A stretch of DNA of 44,055 bases, the filler included, from Sphacelaria rigidula (lineage: Eukaryota), in NCBI GenBank assembly GCA_964200075.2. It is 2 parts of 2 records of this genome, joined end to end, with 100 filler letters (N's around TTAATTAATTAA, not from the genome) between each part and the next. Parts side by side here need not be neighbours in the genome. Positions count along the whole stretch, not along the records: positions 22,080 to 44,055 come from CAXNAA020000368.1; 1 more part is not named here. The stretch is one strand, 5' to 3'. The position numbers and the translations under genes were made by a program. Numbering within the stretch: the stretch's first letter is position 1; each line of letters opens with the position of its first letter. The notes under the pieces are model-generated. The model was not told the origin of the DNA and ran no database searches. It saw only the letters and a list, made by a program, of their open reading frames with translations. Positions 22,773 to 36,378 of this stretch are shown here, piece after piece.

Positions 22773-25700
22773 ATGCTTTTGCGTGCTGGCGGATTGCTGT
22801 ACACCTCACTCGTGTGGACAGCCCATTCTCTTCTTACTCGAGCTTTTCCTCGCTCTCATCTCGCGCCAGAAACTACCATAGGTCTTGCAAAAATGCCCTT
22901 GCACAGAAGCACTAGCATGAGCAGTATGGGCGGGGCGTTAGCGGAGTCTTATGCAGGGATCTTCGCGCAGAGCCCTGGCATAACCAAGGCTTGGGCAGTG
23001 CCCCATGCAGAGGAAGGAACAGAAACGGTGCTTCTACAGAGGAGCTCACGCGACATCGATGGTAGGGACTGTGACTGGTTTCTCATGAGCTGCTCGGCGT
23101 GAGCAATGTAGGTACACACCTCGACCCTGGGGCTCCTGCCCGACTCCCGTTCATGTTCACTTGTCCAGAGTCCGGCACTGCAGCTGTTTTCTACGACCTT
23201 CACATCCCGAGTCTACAGTACCACAACAGCATACTCCCCAAAGAATCATGAATTCCGGCAGCACTTGCTCTGACTGCACTGTACTATCCTCGTAGGGCTA
23301 AGGTACAGCGATCATCGTTCGAACCCAACACTTGATTCACTTCGAGCGCCTGGTCTCGTTTCGGTACAAAATGTTCGCCTTCCAGTCCCGCCCAAGTTGA
23401 TCGATTGTCGCACATAAGACCCACTTTTATGGCAACGAATCTCGATCTTTACAAATATGAGTATTTCAGGCCGTCTACAGGCGATTTTCTCCCGTGGATT
23501 GATTGTCGGACCGCAGTCCTCTGGACAATGTTTTTGAGCTAGCCGTGCGCAAACCAGATCACTTCTCCGTTTCTCTGGACGTTTACTTTCAGTACACCAC
23601 CTTTCTCTGCTCAAATCGGGAAACTTCCGCATCCCTCCCGATTTTTTTGAAAAAATCGGGGGGAAATCGGAGGAGATGCGGGAGTGTCCCGATTTCAACA
23701 GAAGTGTGATGTATCGGAAGTCAACGCCCAGAAAATCGGAGAATCGATCTGGTTTGCTCATAGATAGCCGAAAAACATTACCCAACGGAGTGGGGTCCGA
23801 AAAATCAATCCACTGGAGAAAACCGCCTGTAGACGGGCTGAAATCCTCATACAGTATTTGTACAAATCGAGATTCGTTGCCATAAAAATGGGTGTCTAAC
23901 GGATCCCCAAGGATAACAGATCTCCAGGGATTCCATGGTCACCTGATGGACATACCCGAGATGAAACAAAACGAGAACAATCTAGAAAAGTAAAGAAAAC
24001 AGAAAGATGGAACAAGCACAAAGAAAACGGTACATCAGTTTCGATGTTTGCCCATCTTTCCCCATTGATGGCTAGTCGAGTACAGAGCGGGCCCTTCTTT
24101 CGGTCATTTTTATCCTGGATTCCTCCCGAGCTGTTCATGTTGTCGTGATTTGATGTTGGAACATAACAGTACAGTACGGAATAGTGAGTGGTCCGCCATT
24201 ACTCTTTTACCGCCAAAGTTGCACAGATGTGACTGGGCATCTGTGACGTTGGACGTACGCTCTTAACCTTCGCTTGATTCGGCCTATGCCCCCGGTTTGT
24301 CCACCTGAATAATTCATTTACCGAGTGAAGTTTCCGTCCGTGATGATCTTGGTTGTTCGCGTACTTTCATATCGCCCACTTACTCTCGGTAACATGCCCT
24401 CAACTCGCGTAGTACGGTGTTTTCAATTTGGGTAAAGCTGCCGACCATCACCATTTTTTAGGCTCCCACCTATGGTCCACCGAAAGGGTCTGGCAGCAAA
24501 GAGGTTGAAACGGGATTTTTTTGCAACTATAGGTCATCTTCACTTGAAAAGTTCGAGTATGGCGAGACTCGGGTAGAAAAAACAGGGCGTGCCTGGACTA
24601 GTTTTTGTGAGGACAGTTCTGCGTCAGTACAAATCAGGGGAAAAATCAACTACTCCGACGGCGCAAATTTGTCCCCATGGCAACTAATCCTAGCACATAT
24701 TCGCCGGTAAACCCCGTTATCGGGGACGCTACTGGCCGTACTTGGCCCAAAAACACCCTCCCAACCGCCGTGGTGCCATGAATAGCTGGGAAAAAAAACA
24801 AATGAACCGAACCATTGAACTCTCCACTAAAACGATCGGGATCGGTTTGGTTATGCGAAGGTTCTAAAGAGCGGGAACCTGGGGCTGTACACCCGTACAA
24901 TCCCCGACGACCGTTCAGCCTGTAAGTCGTCCGAAAATGGTCGTAGATCTGTTTTTCGAAAGTTGTGTCGGGCACTGGTACTTAGGCCGTGTCTAAGCAA
25001 GACAAACAGAAAAAGAGGCTCACAAAAAGAGGCTCACAACAACAAAAAAAATCAAAAGAATCATGTTGATTTGCCGCCGCGGTATCACCCTTTACAGGAT
25101 AAGGATCAAGTTCGAGATCAGCAAAACGAACCATGGTTGATATGATAGTCTCATGAGGGGGGGGGTTGGTGGAGTCATAGTAGTGTTTGTGTGAGTAGGA
25201 ATGGCAATGCACTGTGCACTGAACTATTGGCATATCCATTTTCTCGCGTAAAACGAAACATGGGTGGCAACGTTTGTCGTGACATCTGCAACAACCTTTT
25301 ATCTGCAACAATTTGGCGCACATGACAGACAGTTTTACAGAGAAACAAGGAAGAGGCTACTGAGCAATATGAAAACTCGCGGCTGTGACCGATACAGCAT
25401 TATGTCGTAGTGTATAAATACTGTAGCTTTGACTTCCATCTCCTTCTACCCTAAAAGCACAGGTCCAACAGATGATGTCGTAGGTAGCTGTTTTTTACTT
25501 GAAAGAAGGTATCAATAGTACTCGTCCTCTAGCGAAAGATAGCAACATTTTCTTGAAGCACTCGAACCTCATGAACTTCACTTAAATTGTATTTCATAGA
25601 CACCCCACCCTCAGAAAACTAAACGAGGCCTTTTCGTGGGAACCGGCGTTGTTTTCTTCTCCGCGAGCTTCTTCGTCACGAGTTTTTGTTGATAACTGAG

Positions 25701-28700
25701 AATTCCTTCACGTGAAAATGTGATTTTCCCCAACGGATACTTGCGGATATTTCTCCCTTATACGTGATGGTATCCGGATTTAGGCTGTTCGCCAAGACTA
25801 ATTTTTTCTTACAGGGAGGCGGAAGACTGCGGCCCAATGACCCTTGCTGTGATTCACGCCACTAGCACAGCCCGGACCTGAGGCACAAGGAAACACAACA
25901 AATTATGTTCCCGTTGTCCCAGAATAGATATGGCGCAAACTGTAGCAATTGATCGACCGAGAACGGCCTGCTTGGCTTGGGGCAAATCTATGAAAATTGA
26001 AACATCTACGATGATTTCTGTCAGACGGGTGCCGTGTAACACCACGAACGGCTCCATCTTGAGTAACGTTTTGGCACACGTACAACTGCTCTCTTCCAAT
26101 ACCGAACGGATTGCCGCGAAACAAATATTGCTGTGTGGAGATGAGGAAGGGCCAGCGCTGGGCGTGATGTGTTGGGTGATGCGGCTATCCGTGCGTGTTA
26201 TTTGGACTCGGCTGCGTAGGTGCAACCTGCGTCAGTCACGCCCGTTGTGGTGCCCGTTGAGATTTGCAAACCCGTTGGAGAGCGCGTCCAATGTCAAAAG
26301 AAATTTTGCTCGTTCATAATATGTGGTCTTGAGTACGGAACTTTTCAATCAGCTTGCGCAAGTGTACCTTTAGAATGCAGAACGCGGTTCTGCTCCCATA
26401 GACCTCGTTATCGTACCCCAACTCGAGTTCCTTTACAATGAATCCTGTTTCTCGAGGTTCTTGGAAATTTCTCTTGGATATTTCTCGTGCGCGGGTGCTT
26501 GCGTTTTCCGGCGGAAATCATCCTGTCTCAGCCTAGCGTCAGGTGGGAAAAAGTCGGGACAACGCAAGCGGTGTGTAGAACACAGTGGAGCACGAGCAGT
26601 CGGCATAGCGGCGAGTTAATGAAGGGCTTGTCGATCCTGTGGCGTTGCATGAAGACCCCGGCTCGCGCCAGCGGGCCCTTTATTGATGCATTCGGTATAT
26701 TTCTTGCGTGTTGCTCTGACCTGTAACTCCCTGTACTAGTAGCTGACGCTCAGAATATGTGGAGGGGTGCGGTACTGTCCCTGTCCTGACGCTGTGCACA
26801 TGAAGGTCTCAATTGATTTCGGTAATTTATGTTGCTGCCCTGTTGTATGTGGAACGTTCGATTCAACAGCTTGAATTTAGCATTTGATTGTACACACTAC
26901 TGTCTGCTCAACTGCGTGTAGCACACAGTACACGGGTGCACATCACCACACAGCAGCAGCGGTGAGGGTCACATCAACTAACTGCAGTACGTGGCATTCA
27001 TGTTTTGATGGCGTGTGCAGCGTCACACCCTGAGACTACCTCATGACCAATCGGTTCCTTCAATAAATGGGGTGGTCTGCGCGCTGTCTACCTTATTTTC
27101 ATGTCGACTGTCATCTCCTTGAAGTGCTGCAGCGCTTTTGCTGGCGTCGTGCGGTACAGCTGATGCCAGCCGATAATTATGCTTCGGGGCCGTTGCGCTT
27201 GGTCTTCGTTCATGTATTCCCTCTTTGTCGCTGGTCAAACCCGCTGGCACCAAGTTTCGAACGGGAATTGAAGGTACTGAATCGTGCGTTGTGCGTGGTC
27301 ATCACATCGCGGCTGATTGCTGCGACAGTTATGATCTGCCGTTCCATCATCCACGTCTTCGCCTAAGTGAATAATGTCATGGTCTCCTAGCACGCAGACA
27401 GGCAGTGGACGCGCTCTCAGACAGTATAGCATCTTCTTGGTTCCCGAGCAGGTTTCGCAACATAAACTTGGGGCGCACACACCGCAGGGATCCGTGACCG
27501 CCGATGCAATCGTATCACCTGCGGCAACGGTGCTGTAAAACCTGCGAGTTTGACGCTGGGATGAGTGCGCAAACATATTTTTACTCGCGAGCTACTCTGA
27601 ACAATCAGTGTCATGGCGAGGCGTTACCATGCAGCAGTACATCGTAGCTAAGGGGTGCAGAGAAACACGCCTCGTTGGCGAGTCGTGTGATGAAGGAACA
27701 GTACATTTTGAGGCCACCGCGCTTTCTCAGATGCGGATGCTGGCATGTCGTCGGTCCAAATCGAAGTCGCCCCCACGCCTATCCCTGACCAATCGGCGAA
27801 ATTTGCTAGACTCGTCCAGATATGCGTCCAAAAAGTTTTTCTGGCGAAGGATCTGTCTAGATGGGTAAATCGCGTCTCAGCATGTCCTAGAAATAAATAT
27901 CAAGTGTGTTACAGCACCGCCGCAGGGTGCGACAAAGGACTTCCGATAGTCGCAAGAGCTCGAGGCCGTCGGTAGGTAAGATAGTAGTACCAGCTAGCCA
28001 ATAACACTCTAAGCACATCACAATTAGGTATTTCCGGTTTTATCCTCTTGTATCCTCGCTCTCCCCACCAAATTGAGGAGGCGTTTCGTTTTTTTCACAA
28101 TTCGGAGGCTCCAACATCTGACAGTTTTGAGCCTTACAACTCTTGTCACGCGCTTTGCGCCGCGTACCGCAACCCTCTACACACCACTAATTCACGCACA
28201 ACAGGCACCAAGCAGACATATTTTTCGTTTGAAGCAACCCGCCAGTGCAATTTCGCGAGCTCGTCTGCCTTCTTGAGCTTTTTTTTGTTCGAGCTTTGAA
28301 ACTCTCTCTGTCCATCTTTCGTAGGGTTGGAGGCGATGCTCCCGGTTTGGACTTGAAGCGCATGCGTCGGTTCCTTCATCTCCTGCCTCTTATTCCCTGT
28401 ATTCCGCCGGCCAAGAAACACATACAGCGCGGATATTTCGGCCTCGCTCGTGACGTAATACACATTTTTGGGGGTTATGTTTGTGTCACCTGTGGTGTGG
28501 TGATGGTGAGATCTCGAGTGTTCGTGCAGATAAAATGTGGACATTATTTGCCTTCCGACCCTCGCAGACTCAGAACTGGTGGGTGGAATCCTCGAAATAT
28601 AGACAACAATCAAACGACTGGTACAGGTATGCAGTGCATGGTCCTGCTTGTGTTGCTGCATCCTGTTCGATGCGGGATGTATCGAATACCGATACACAGA

Positions 28701-31700
28701 GCCCAAACACCGGACACTCCAGATTACAAGTCTACTTGCGATTGTACATGCCCCCCCTTTCGACTGATGGGTTCCATGAAACTAATGTAGACATGGCCAA
28801 GGCAATTACACCCGGTATAGTATACGTCCCAGGTTATATTCCATCTAAACTGTACAATTCCTGTGCCCTCGTATCTCGGTTAGTTAGAGGATGCTTGGGA
28901 AGCAGCAGGCCCATGGTTCAGCTCCGTGAGAGAGCTGTTCCTTGATTTCCGCCGCGGCCCAGTGGTCTAATGGTATAGCCGACACATCTAGGGCGGGCAC
29001 CACGCGGGTTAAATTCTCGCCAGATTCGCCTGGTCCAGATTTGTTTTAAAGAAAGCATCTGGTTTGTCGAGCAGCAAAACGTGAAGATGTGAGTGGCAAA
29101 ATGTATGTTTGGCTGAAGTTGTCAGGCGACGCGGCGCGGGAGTGCTGGTGATTATGATCCAATCCGCGATACTGAAATGTAAGGAGGCGTGTGACGGAGG
29201 AGAGATGGGGCGATCCGTTGGGACCACGGACTCGTTCCGGCGAAGGGGAGGGGTTAGAAGTGAGAACGAAAAAAAACTCTGCGCTTCTGAGCCCCTGGCG
29301 AATGCACTTAGGTGCCCATCATGACCTAGTCGTTTCTTACACACCCTTACTCATTCTCGCACGTTATTTCTCACACATGCTTAGTGACACCTTGGATATC
29401 CCTTGTCGAAAACCGGCACGTAGACATTCCGACTTTTCTGCGCTCACGTCCGAAAACTTCGGGCCTGCGGCCGGGTAAACCCTGGTTTCGCTTGGCAAAC
29501 TACTTCCAAGTCCCCTTAGTCGATGCGGTAAACGCGTTCGAAATGATTACCCCAACCGACTAACTCGAAGTTGGAATACTTGGACTTTGTGCAAAAGAGT
29601 CGCACCGGCGAATCGGACACGCCGTACACCCGGATAACCGCCCTTGGTGCCTGCAGGATGTCAAGCATTTCTGATCCATCGCGTATCAACTGGATGCTTT
29701 CATATGTTTGCGTTTTTTTCAATGCAGGGAACAAAATGCGCTCCTTCGTGCAGTCCTACGAACTGACGAACGGCAAATGGCGGCAGACGTCGCCGTTTCC
29801 CCTCGAACTCCAGGGAGCAGTGGCTTTCTCCCCGTCCCCGTCTGGCAAACTACTCGCACTCATTCGCAAGGAGTCGACGGGCAATGATGGCAAAGATCCG
29901 AAGAAGGAACCTGGATACATTATTGAAATCTGGGGCAACGAGGAACACGGCGGGGGCTTGTTGGAACAGATTCCGACGGCAGGATTACACGGCAAGATTA
30001 TCGGGGATACGTGGTTTGGGGGGTTCGGTTGGGCGCCCGACGAGAGCAAGCTGGTGTACGTTGCACAGCAAAAGGCCATTGAGACAAAGTGCGTATATCT
30101 GGCGGGGCACTGGGCCCGCGGCGTACCCACAGACGCGCCATAGTACACTCCTGCCTATACCGGCACTACCCTGCACGCCGTAGCCACAACGATACTCTTC
30201 CCGCGACGGGTGCATCCGAAAAGTTCATGACAATGCAAGGACGGGCTGTTCGCGATGGGCTGTTAGCCCACTCGTTTCCCTCGAGATGAGAGTTTTTACC
30301 TCTTCCGTTTCTGTCGTTATCGTCTGCCCCGTGTCAACGATGCAGATCGTTCTTCGCCAAGCCTCCAGCACCTTCAAAGCCCGAAGATGCTGCTCCTGGG
30401 GACCAATTCCTCTACGAGGAAGACTGGGGAGAGAAGTATGACGGGGTAAGCAGTAAACCCGCTACAATGGAATCGTTTTGAAGGTCGTCTTTGCAGGAGT
30501 GCACACCATCCGCAGCGCGGTTTTCTATTCCGCTCAAAAACGGGCGATCCGTACGTGCCATCCCCGATTCAATAATGCATGGTAGCGGGAACCACCGCAC
30601 TTGTGAGACATATTCGGGTTTTCACCCCGTAATGGGGTAACGAGCCACCCTCAAATAATCTATGTTGAATGGAAGTTCGTTTCAGGGGCTTTCCAACGCA
30701 GACCTTGACTATGCATTCTTAGATGACGGATTCCGGATCACGTCATGAGATATGTCGGAACGATGAAATAATGGTGGGATTATTTGCTTTTTCCCCACAC
30801 CAACTACGTATGCAGACGTAGAACCGACGTCGGTGCAAAGCTTGTGAGAAGAACTTTCGATCAATGCCTGACTCGTTTTGTAATTATCACCCCACACGAC
30901 CTACACAATCGAAGATGCGGGATCGGTTGTGCTTGTCAATCATACACTTCAACTGTACATTCTATACAACCGTAATTCCCACCGTAAAGGCTGTACAACC
31001 CGGTTAGCACGCATGGAGGGGGATGAAATCGTGGCACAGCGCACATGGGAAGCATAACCTACGATATTCAAACCAATTACAGCCCTGCAGGGTATGTAGT
31101 GTGTGGAGCTCGAAACACGCACTGGACCTTCTCTGGGCCGTGGCAAGCCTGAGGGAAACAGTTCCGAATTTTCCAACATACTTCTAGTGCAGACTTTTTG
31201 GGGGTGACAATCATGGAAGCGCATTGATTTCTTTTGGTTCTTCAATGATGAACACTTACAGGGGAACACGTTTTCATGAAAGTAATTGCCGCCACCTTGT
31301 GCTGTTACCGAGATACGTCACCGATGCGACATTTATGCTTCGGTTAGAAGCATCGAGACACGCCCTCTCGAAGTACCCAAAAGATATGAAAGCTGCTCGA
31401 GTCAACGGGTGTTTCTCAAAACAAAAACGAAGACCCCGTTAACCTGCAATTATTGCTGACGACACGTGGAATCCGGCCCGCGAAGTATGTGCTTGCTGCA
31501 AGCATTTGTTCTCGCCCGTGCTGCTCTACTTCCCCTGCAGGTGTCGCGCTTGGGGTTGTTTGTCGCGGACTTGAGCGGCACGGGTAAGGTGGAGCAAATT
31601 TCTGGAATACCCGCAGAGTTGACACCAGGCCAGCCCCGTTTCTCGCCCAACGGCAAGCACGTGATTTACACAGCGTGGCAGTACGAGCCGCGCAAACTTG

Positions 31701-33328
31701 GCATGATTTACTGCTACCAGCGCCCGTGCAACTTGTACTCAGCCGCTGTCTCCGAGATGCTGACGAGTATGGAGAAGGAGGAAACCCCAGTGACGAAAAA
31801 TGAAATGGATCCAACTGCCGTGAAACCCAAGAGTTGCGACGTCGAAGAAAACCAGGTAAAACCGGAGGCACACAAGTGTCTGTGCCCATCTTGGAGGTTA
31901 GCTCGCTCCGCTCGGTTTTCTCCGTCGGGCGACCGCCTCTTTTGGCTTTCAAGGGAGGAAGGCTTCGATACACACGGAGGCTGCTTTCGGTTAACATCTG
32001 CCCCATGGGACGCAGACACGGGAGCTTTAGTCATGGATGCAGTCAAGACCCTGGTAGATGTCGTCCGCGTGCCGGTCGCGTCCGATGGCGGTTTCCCAGG
32101 CTTGTGGCTTGATAACCTTCCGGACGCTTGCTTCACCCCAGATGGCGCATTTGTGTACCTCACCAGTGCCTGGGGTTCGCGGGGCTCGGTAGTGAAGGTG
32201 AACGCAGAAACAGGGCAGGTGAAGCGAGTGGTGGCGGCTACGGCTGCTGCGCGGCAAGACGGTTCAACCGGAGAACCAAGCGATGCTTCGGCGTCTGTCC
32301 TTGCTGTAGGTGAGGGCGGCGTGTACGTGGCGAGTTCGTCTCCGAATTCCCCGGGGGGCTTCGCTGTTCTTGCGCCACATACTGATGAAGCTATCCTAGG
32401 ACCGCCCGTCGGCGGTACGCGTCTCTCGCCTTCCGTGAGGGTGAAGCGGGGGCGTATGGCGGAGCTGAAAACGGCCCTCAGTTGTGTGAAGTGGTCGGTG
32501 TTGTCTGTACCAGTTGCAGGAACAGAGGGTATGGAATCAGCATTGCCACCGTTCGAAGCTATCCTGATGATGCCGCCGCCCGCCCCACAGACGAGCGGCG
32601 AAGGCAAGGTCCCGTTGGTGGTTGTTCCACATGGCGGTCCTCATGGTGTCATGCCGACGATGTTCATCCCGGCATACGCGTTTCTTTGTGCTACACAAGG
32701 AGTCGCGGTATTGCACGTGAATTTCCGTGGATCCACAGGATTCGGTACAGACGCCCTCGAGTCTCTTCCCGGAAACATCGGAACCAACGATGTAGCGGAC
32801 GTGGTATCGGCCACCAAAGCAGCTCTTGAATCGAAGTCAGATAGACTGGACTCCGAGCGGATCGGGGTGGTCGGCGGCAGCCACGGGGGATTTTTGGGAG
32901 CTCACTTGACGGCACAACATCCCGAGATTTTCAAGGTGGCAGCGCTGCGAAATCCTGTGACTAACATAGCCTCCATGGTCACCGTCAGCGATATCCCGGA
33001 TTGGTGCTACGTCGAAGCGCTAGGTTGTGGCAAGTACGACTTCGGGGTTTACCGGCCGCCGACGGTGGAGGAGTTACGGACCATGTGGGATATGTCTCCC
33101 GTGAAGCACGTTAAGGGTGTCAAGGCTCCGACGCTGGTGGCACTCGGTGCCAAGGACAGGCGGGTGCCGCAATCGCAAGGGTTGGAATGGTACCACGCGC
33201 TGAGGAGTCAAGGGGTGGAGGCTAGGCTGCTGGTATATCCGGATGACGTGCATGCGATCGACCAACCGGCCAGCGAGGCCGATCAGTGGCTCAACATTGT
33301 CACATGGCTCAAAACGCATCTTGGATGA
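22773..33328 (+). CDS. APEH: Acylamino-acid-releasing enzyme (acylaminoacyl-peptidase, family S9C); exons 22773-23061, 29728-30088, 30346-30445, 31541-33328; 845 aa (797 aa from the ATG at 22917)
   Basis: All three introns are GT-AG and phase-compatible (1, 2, 0). The joined protein reads RDIDGNKMRSF, SPFPLELQGAVAFSPSPSG, GDQFLYEEDWGEKY, KLGMIYCYQRPC, HGGPH, NFRGSTGFG, catalytic GGSHGG (Ser), RNPVTNIASM...SDIPDW, DRRVP (Asp), DVHAI (His). The start codon choice is less certain. Confidence 0.93.
23418..23896. mobile_element. ~480-bp fold-back MITE in APEH intron 1, TAA flanks (PIF/Harbinger-like)
   Basis: ttttatggcaacgaatctcgat pairs with atcgagattcgttgccataaaa, ccgtctacaggcg pairs with cgcctgtagacgg, and pairing continues to the centre near 23650. 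TAA lies at 23415-23417 and 23897-23899. Confidence 0.82.
28956..29277 (+). mobile_element. Possible tRNA-derived SINE (degenerate)
   Basis: A-box-like TGGTCTAATGG at 28963-28973 and B-box-like GGTTAAATTC at 29007-29016, at tRNA-like spacing. An A run ends near 29276. No TSD was found and the 3' end is tentative. Confidence 0.45.
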
Positions 33329-33879
33329 ACCGCATGACACTGGCGCAGAATACGTCTCCTTGAAAACTTGCAGCAACAGCACAAGTCTGGTTGGTGTGGA
33401 GGGTTGTGCAACGTGACTTCTTGCAAGGGGTCGCTTCCGTCGATGAAGTAGTCCACAGTGAGGGCGGAAGGGGAAAGCGAAAGGTGACAGAAATGGGAGC
33501 TAGTGGTGTGTGGGTTCCAAACGCTGCTGTGTGGTTGCGCAACTTGGGTACGCACTCGGTTTGGGGTCTGTCTCACCTACTGATGGGTTGTAGGGCTGAG
33601 CTTTTGATAGATGTACAGCATCAGGGGAGCGGTGTATATCCAAGAATGGGGCAGTTACTCCTTGAACCTTTTGAAACGGCCAAGTCTTTGAGAAGCCCGT
33701 CGAATAAAATGATGGCTTTTGTTCCAATCAAGCCTAGCCCTTGGGGTATGTAAGCTGCAACCATATTTTACGCAAAGATTTACTCCTAGTTTTGCGCAAC
33801 GTGTCCGATCGACAGACGTGTCACTTGTTGGTTGAGGTCACATCTTGCAAAGGTCTCAATTTGGGGTGGCAATGTTCGA

Positions 33880-34430
33880 GGATACTCAGCAAGTATGTCA
33901 GTCGGTACTCGGGATACTCTGGAACACCCAATATTTTTCGGTAAAGTTGGCACTCCGGATACTCCGGAGTACCCTGTATTTCGCGCGGTCTGTCCTCCCG
34001 GTACTCGGAAGGTAACGAAGATTTCACTGAGTACACCAAGTATTTTTAGATGGTGGATATTCTGGGTACTTTGGAGCACTGAGTATTTTCGGCAGCGAAT
34101 ACTACGGGTACTTCGAGATAATCAGTATTACCTGCAGCTGGTACTCCAGGTACTCCCAGAGAAACGTGAGTATTTTGCTGGGTATACGAAGTATTTTGGT
34201 AGGTGGGTACTCCGGGAGCTCTGGGTATTTTACAAAATATGCCGAGAAGGGCATGAAGTGTATGACGGGTGGGGGTAAAACTCAAGCACTCCAAGGCACT
34301 CGGTATTTTTGGCAGTTGGTATTTAGTATACTGCGGAAAGTACTCTATATATCAGCAACTGACACCCTCAGTACTCTAGAATGCTGGTAGTTTCGATGCT
34401 TGTGGTGCTCTGAAATACTCCGTTCCTGAG
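33880..34430 (+). repeat. Degenerate ~42-bp tandem array rich in AGTATTTT/TACTCC
   Basis: Recurrent unit gagtattttcggcag..gatactccgggtactc..gagtac. Confidence 0.8.
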
Positions 34431-34687
34431 TGTCTTGGTGAATGAGGACTTATACGCACGTTTTTGTACTTGAAAAAATCTGTCGTGGGCAGCATATGCT
34501 TGATATATGTCTATGTTTGACATATATTGATACGTCGCATGCTAACCTCAGATCAAATGGCATATGAAAAATTGATGCCGGTTCTATCCTGGATGGAGTA
34601 TTTGTCTCACAAATCGGCAGCGAACGGAGATAGGTCGGGTTCCTTATGAGAAAAGAGGCACTGTATCGAGCTGTATCCTGTATCATC

Positions 34688-34866
34688 CAGGAAGTGAACA
34701 GGTTATCCACAGAACCAGTGAGCGCTCCCTGGTTCAAACGGTGACTGTTCGCTTCGAAAACAAAATATATGCGGTTCGAAACCCGGCAAGATCGATTGTG
34801 GAAGGAAAGTTTGACATGTGAACAGTGGGCGCTCACTGGTTCAACGGGTAAACTGTTCTTTTCCTG
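34688..34866. mobile_element. ~180-bp MITE with ~50-bp imperfect TIRs (CAGG...CCTG)
   Basis: caggaagtgaacaggttatccacagaaccagtgagcgc pairs with gcgctcactggttcaacgggtaaactgttcttttcctg. The TSD is not clear. Confidence 0.65.
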
Positions 34867-36378
34867 AACACATCATGGGTTGCTGACTGCACTGATGTGC
34901 GTGGGCTGGGGAACCAAACACCAGCCCACAAACTTACTGACTGCACATCCATGTCAGCTGGCCTCAAGCCAATCATACTGGGCTACGTCGTCATACGTCA
35001 GCACAACAAGTGTCATGCGGGGCAAACAGAACTGGCAAAAACGGTGGAGAACGGAAGCATCTAGTGAAGACTAAACAGAAACGAGAACGTATCATCACAT
35101 ACATATTTCACATAAAACGCGAGGTTTGAGGGGCATTGCGCATTGATCAGCGCAACATCTGAACGTGGCAGACATTTATCATCTTCGTGACAGGTCGCTG
35201 CCGGGGTGGCAGAGATGTTCACCATTGCCAAGCTTCCCTCGCATTGCGCGGTATGGTGCCATTCGCGAACTAGGGTTTCCAGGTTGACGTTGACATTATC
35301 GAGCAAACTTTGCAACAGAAGTACAGCCGTCAACGTTTGGACATTGAACTAATCTCATCGTGAGCTTTTCGCAAGCGATTTGTCATCTTCACTCGAAAGT
35401 ACGGGAATCGGTACATATTTCACGCATTTCCCACTCTTGTCTTGGTCGGGGCAGCACGGAGTAAACGTTCGCTTGTGGGAAGGGGGTTATGGCCTGTATT
35501 TGGTCCACAATCACGATCTTCCGATTGCAGCGCAACGAATAGCTAGCGATTGCCCACCTCGCCTCAACGATCGGAATTGGTTAAACAAAGCGAAAATAGC
35601 AGGGGGTCGCAGCCCGGGGCTACATACTTGTAAAACCCCTGACGACCGGTTCATCCATGAGTTGAGTTGTCCACATTTGACCGTAGAACGCGCGTCCTTT
35701 CTGGAGTGTCATATCGGGTACCATCTTTTCACGATCTTCGACGTTTGGACCCAAAGCTCACCGAGATGAGTCTTGGTCATCAAAAAAATTGAGAAAACAT
35801 CGCCTTCAATCGGAAATATTCCGTCCAGATTATGGCTACCGTAGTGCTCAGCTTACAACGTGCGCCCTTATGCTGCTTGGTGCTCCCTCGCCGGATCACA
35901 TTGCTTCTTCGACAGTTCTGTTTGAACTCGTCTCACACCTGGTGGTACAGAGCGGTGGAGTGTGCCGGCCGTGTCGCGTTCTACATATTACAGGGTGCGT
36001 ATTGCCGTCACCATCTAGGGCATGGGAGGTGTTGCTCGTTCTCCATCTAGTCATGCCCATTTTGTCATTTTTCCCACTGCAGGGCGTGTCGTCATACGAT
36101 GAGATACCTGTACGACGTGTGTTTTTTTTCGCTCAACTGTTCAGTACATGTGTGTGCGGCCTATGCCGGTGCGACACTAGAGCCAGACCGTGTATGACAT
36201 CGAGATTCCGAAGGCAAAGTAAGCATTCATCGCCCGGTGGCCATGCTGCTCCTTTCCCGCACCGCTTTGCTTTGAGCAGGGCTGGTGCGGAAGCACCCAC
36301 AGTGGCGCACCTAAGGCCACCGCTGCACTGCCACTGGAAGTTGCAGACAAGTCAGCGGCCGCAGTATCGGGAAAGCCC

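Noticed and set aside
25903..26124. YSLRH motif suggesting a tyrosine recombinase
   Set aside because: An isolated short match in a 73-aa frame, with no other catalytic residues in register.
28146..28706. Lys-rich minus-strand ORF resembling an HMG box
   Set aside because: The conserved aromatic spacing of HMG boxes is absent, and it lies antisense within an intron.
28956..29030. Functional tRNA gene
   Set aside because: The B-box lacks the TTCG core and the acceptor and anticodon stems do not pair. It is kept only as a SINE-like head.
31714..32607. 297-aa antisense ORF
   Set aside because: A shadow of the GC-rich APEH exon with no independent features.
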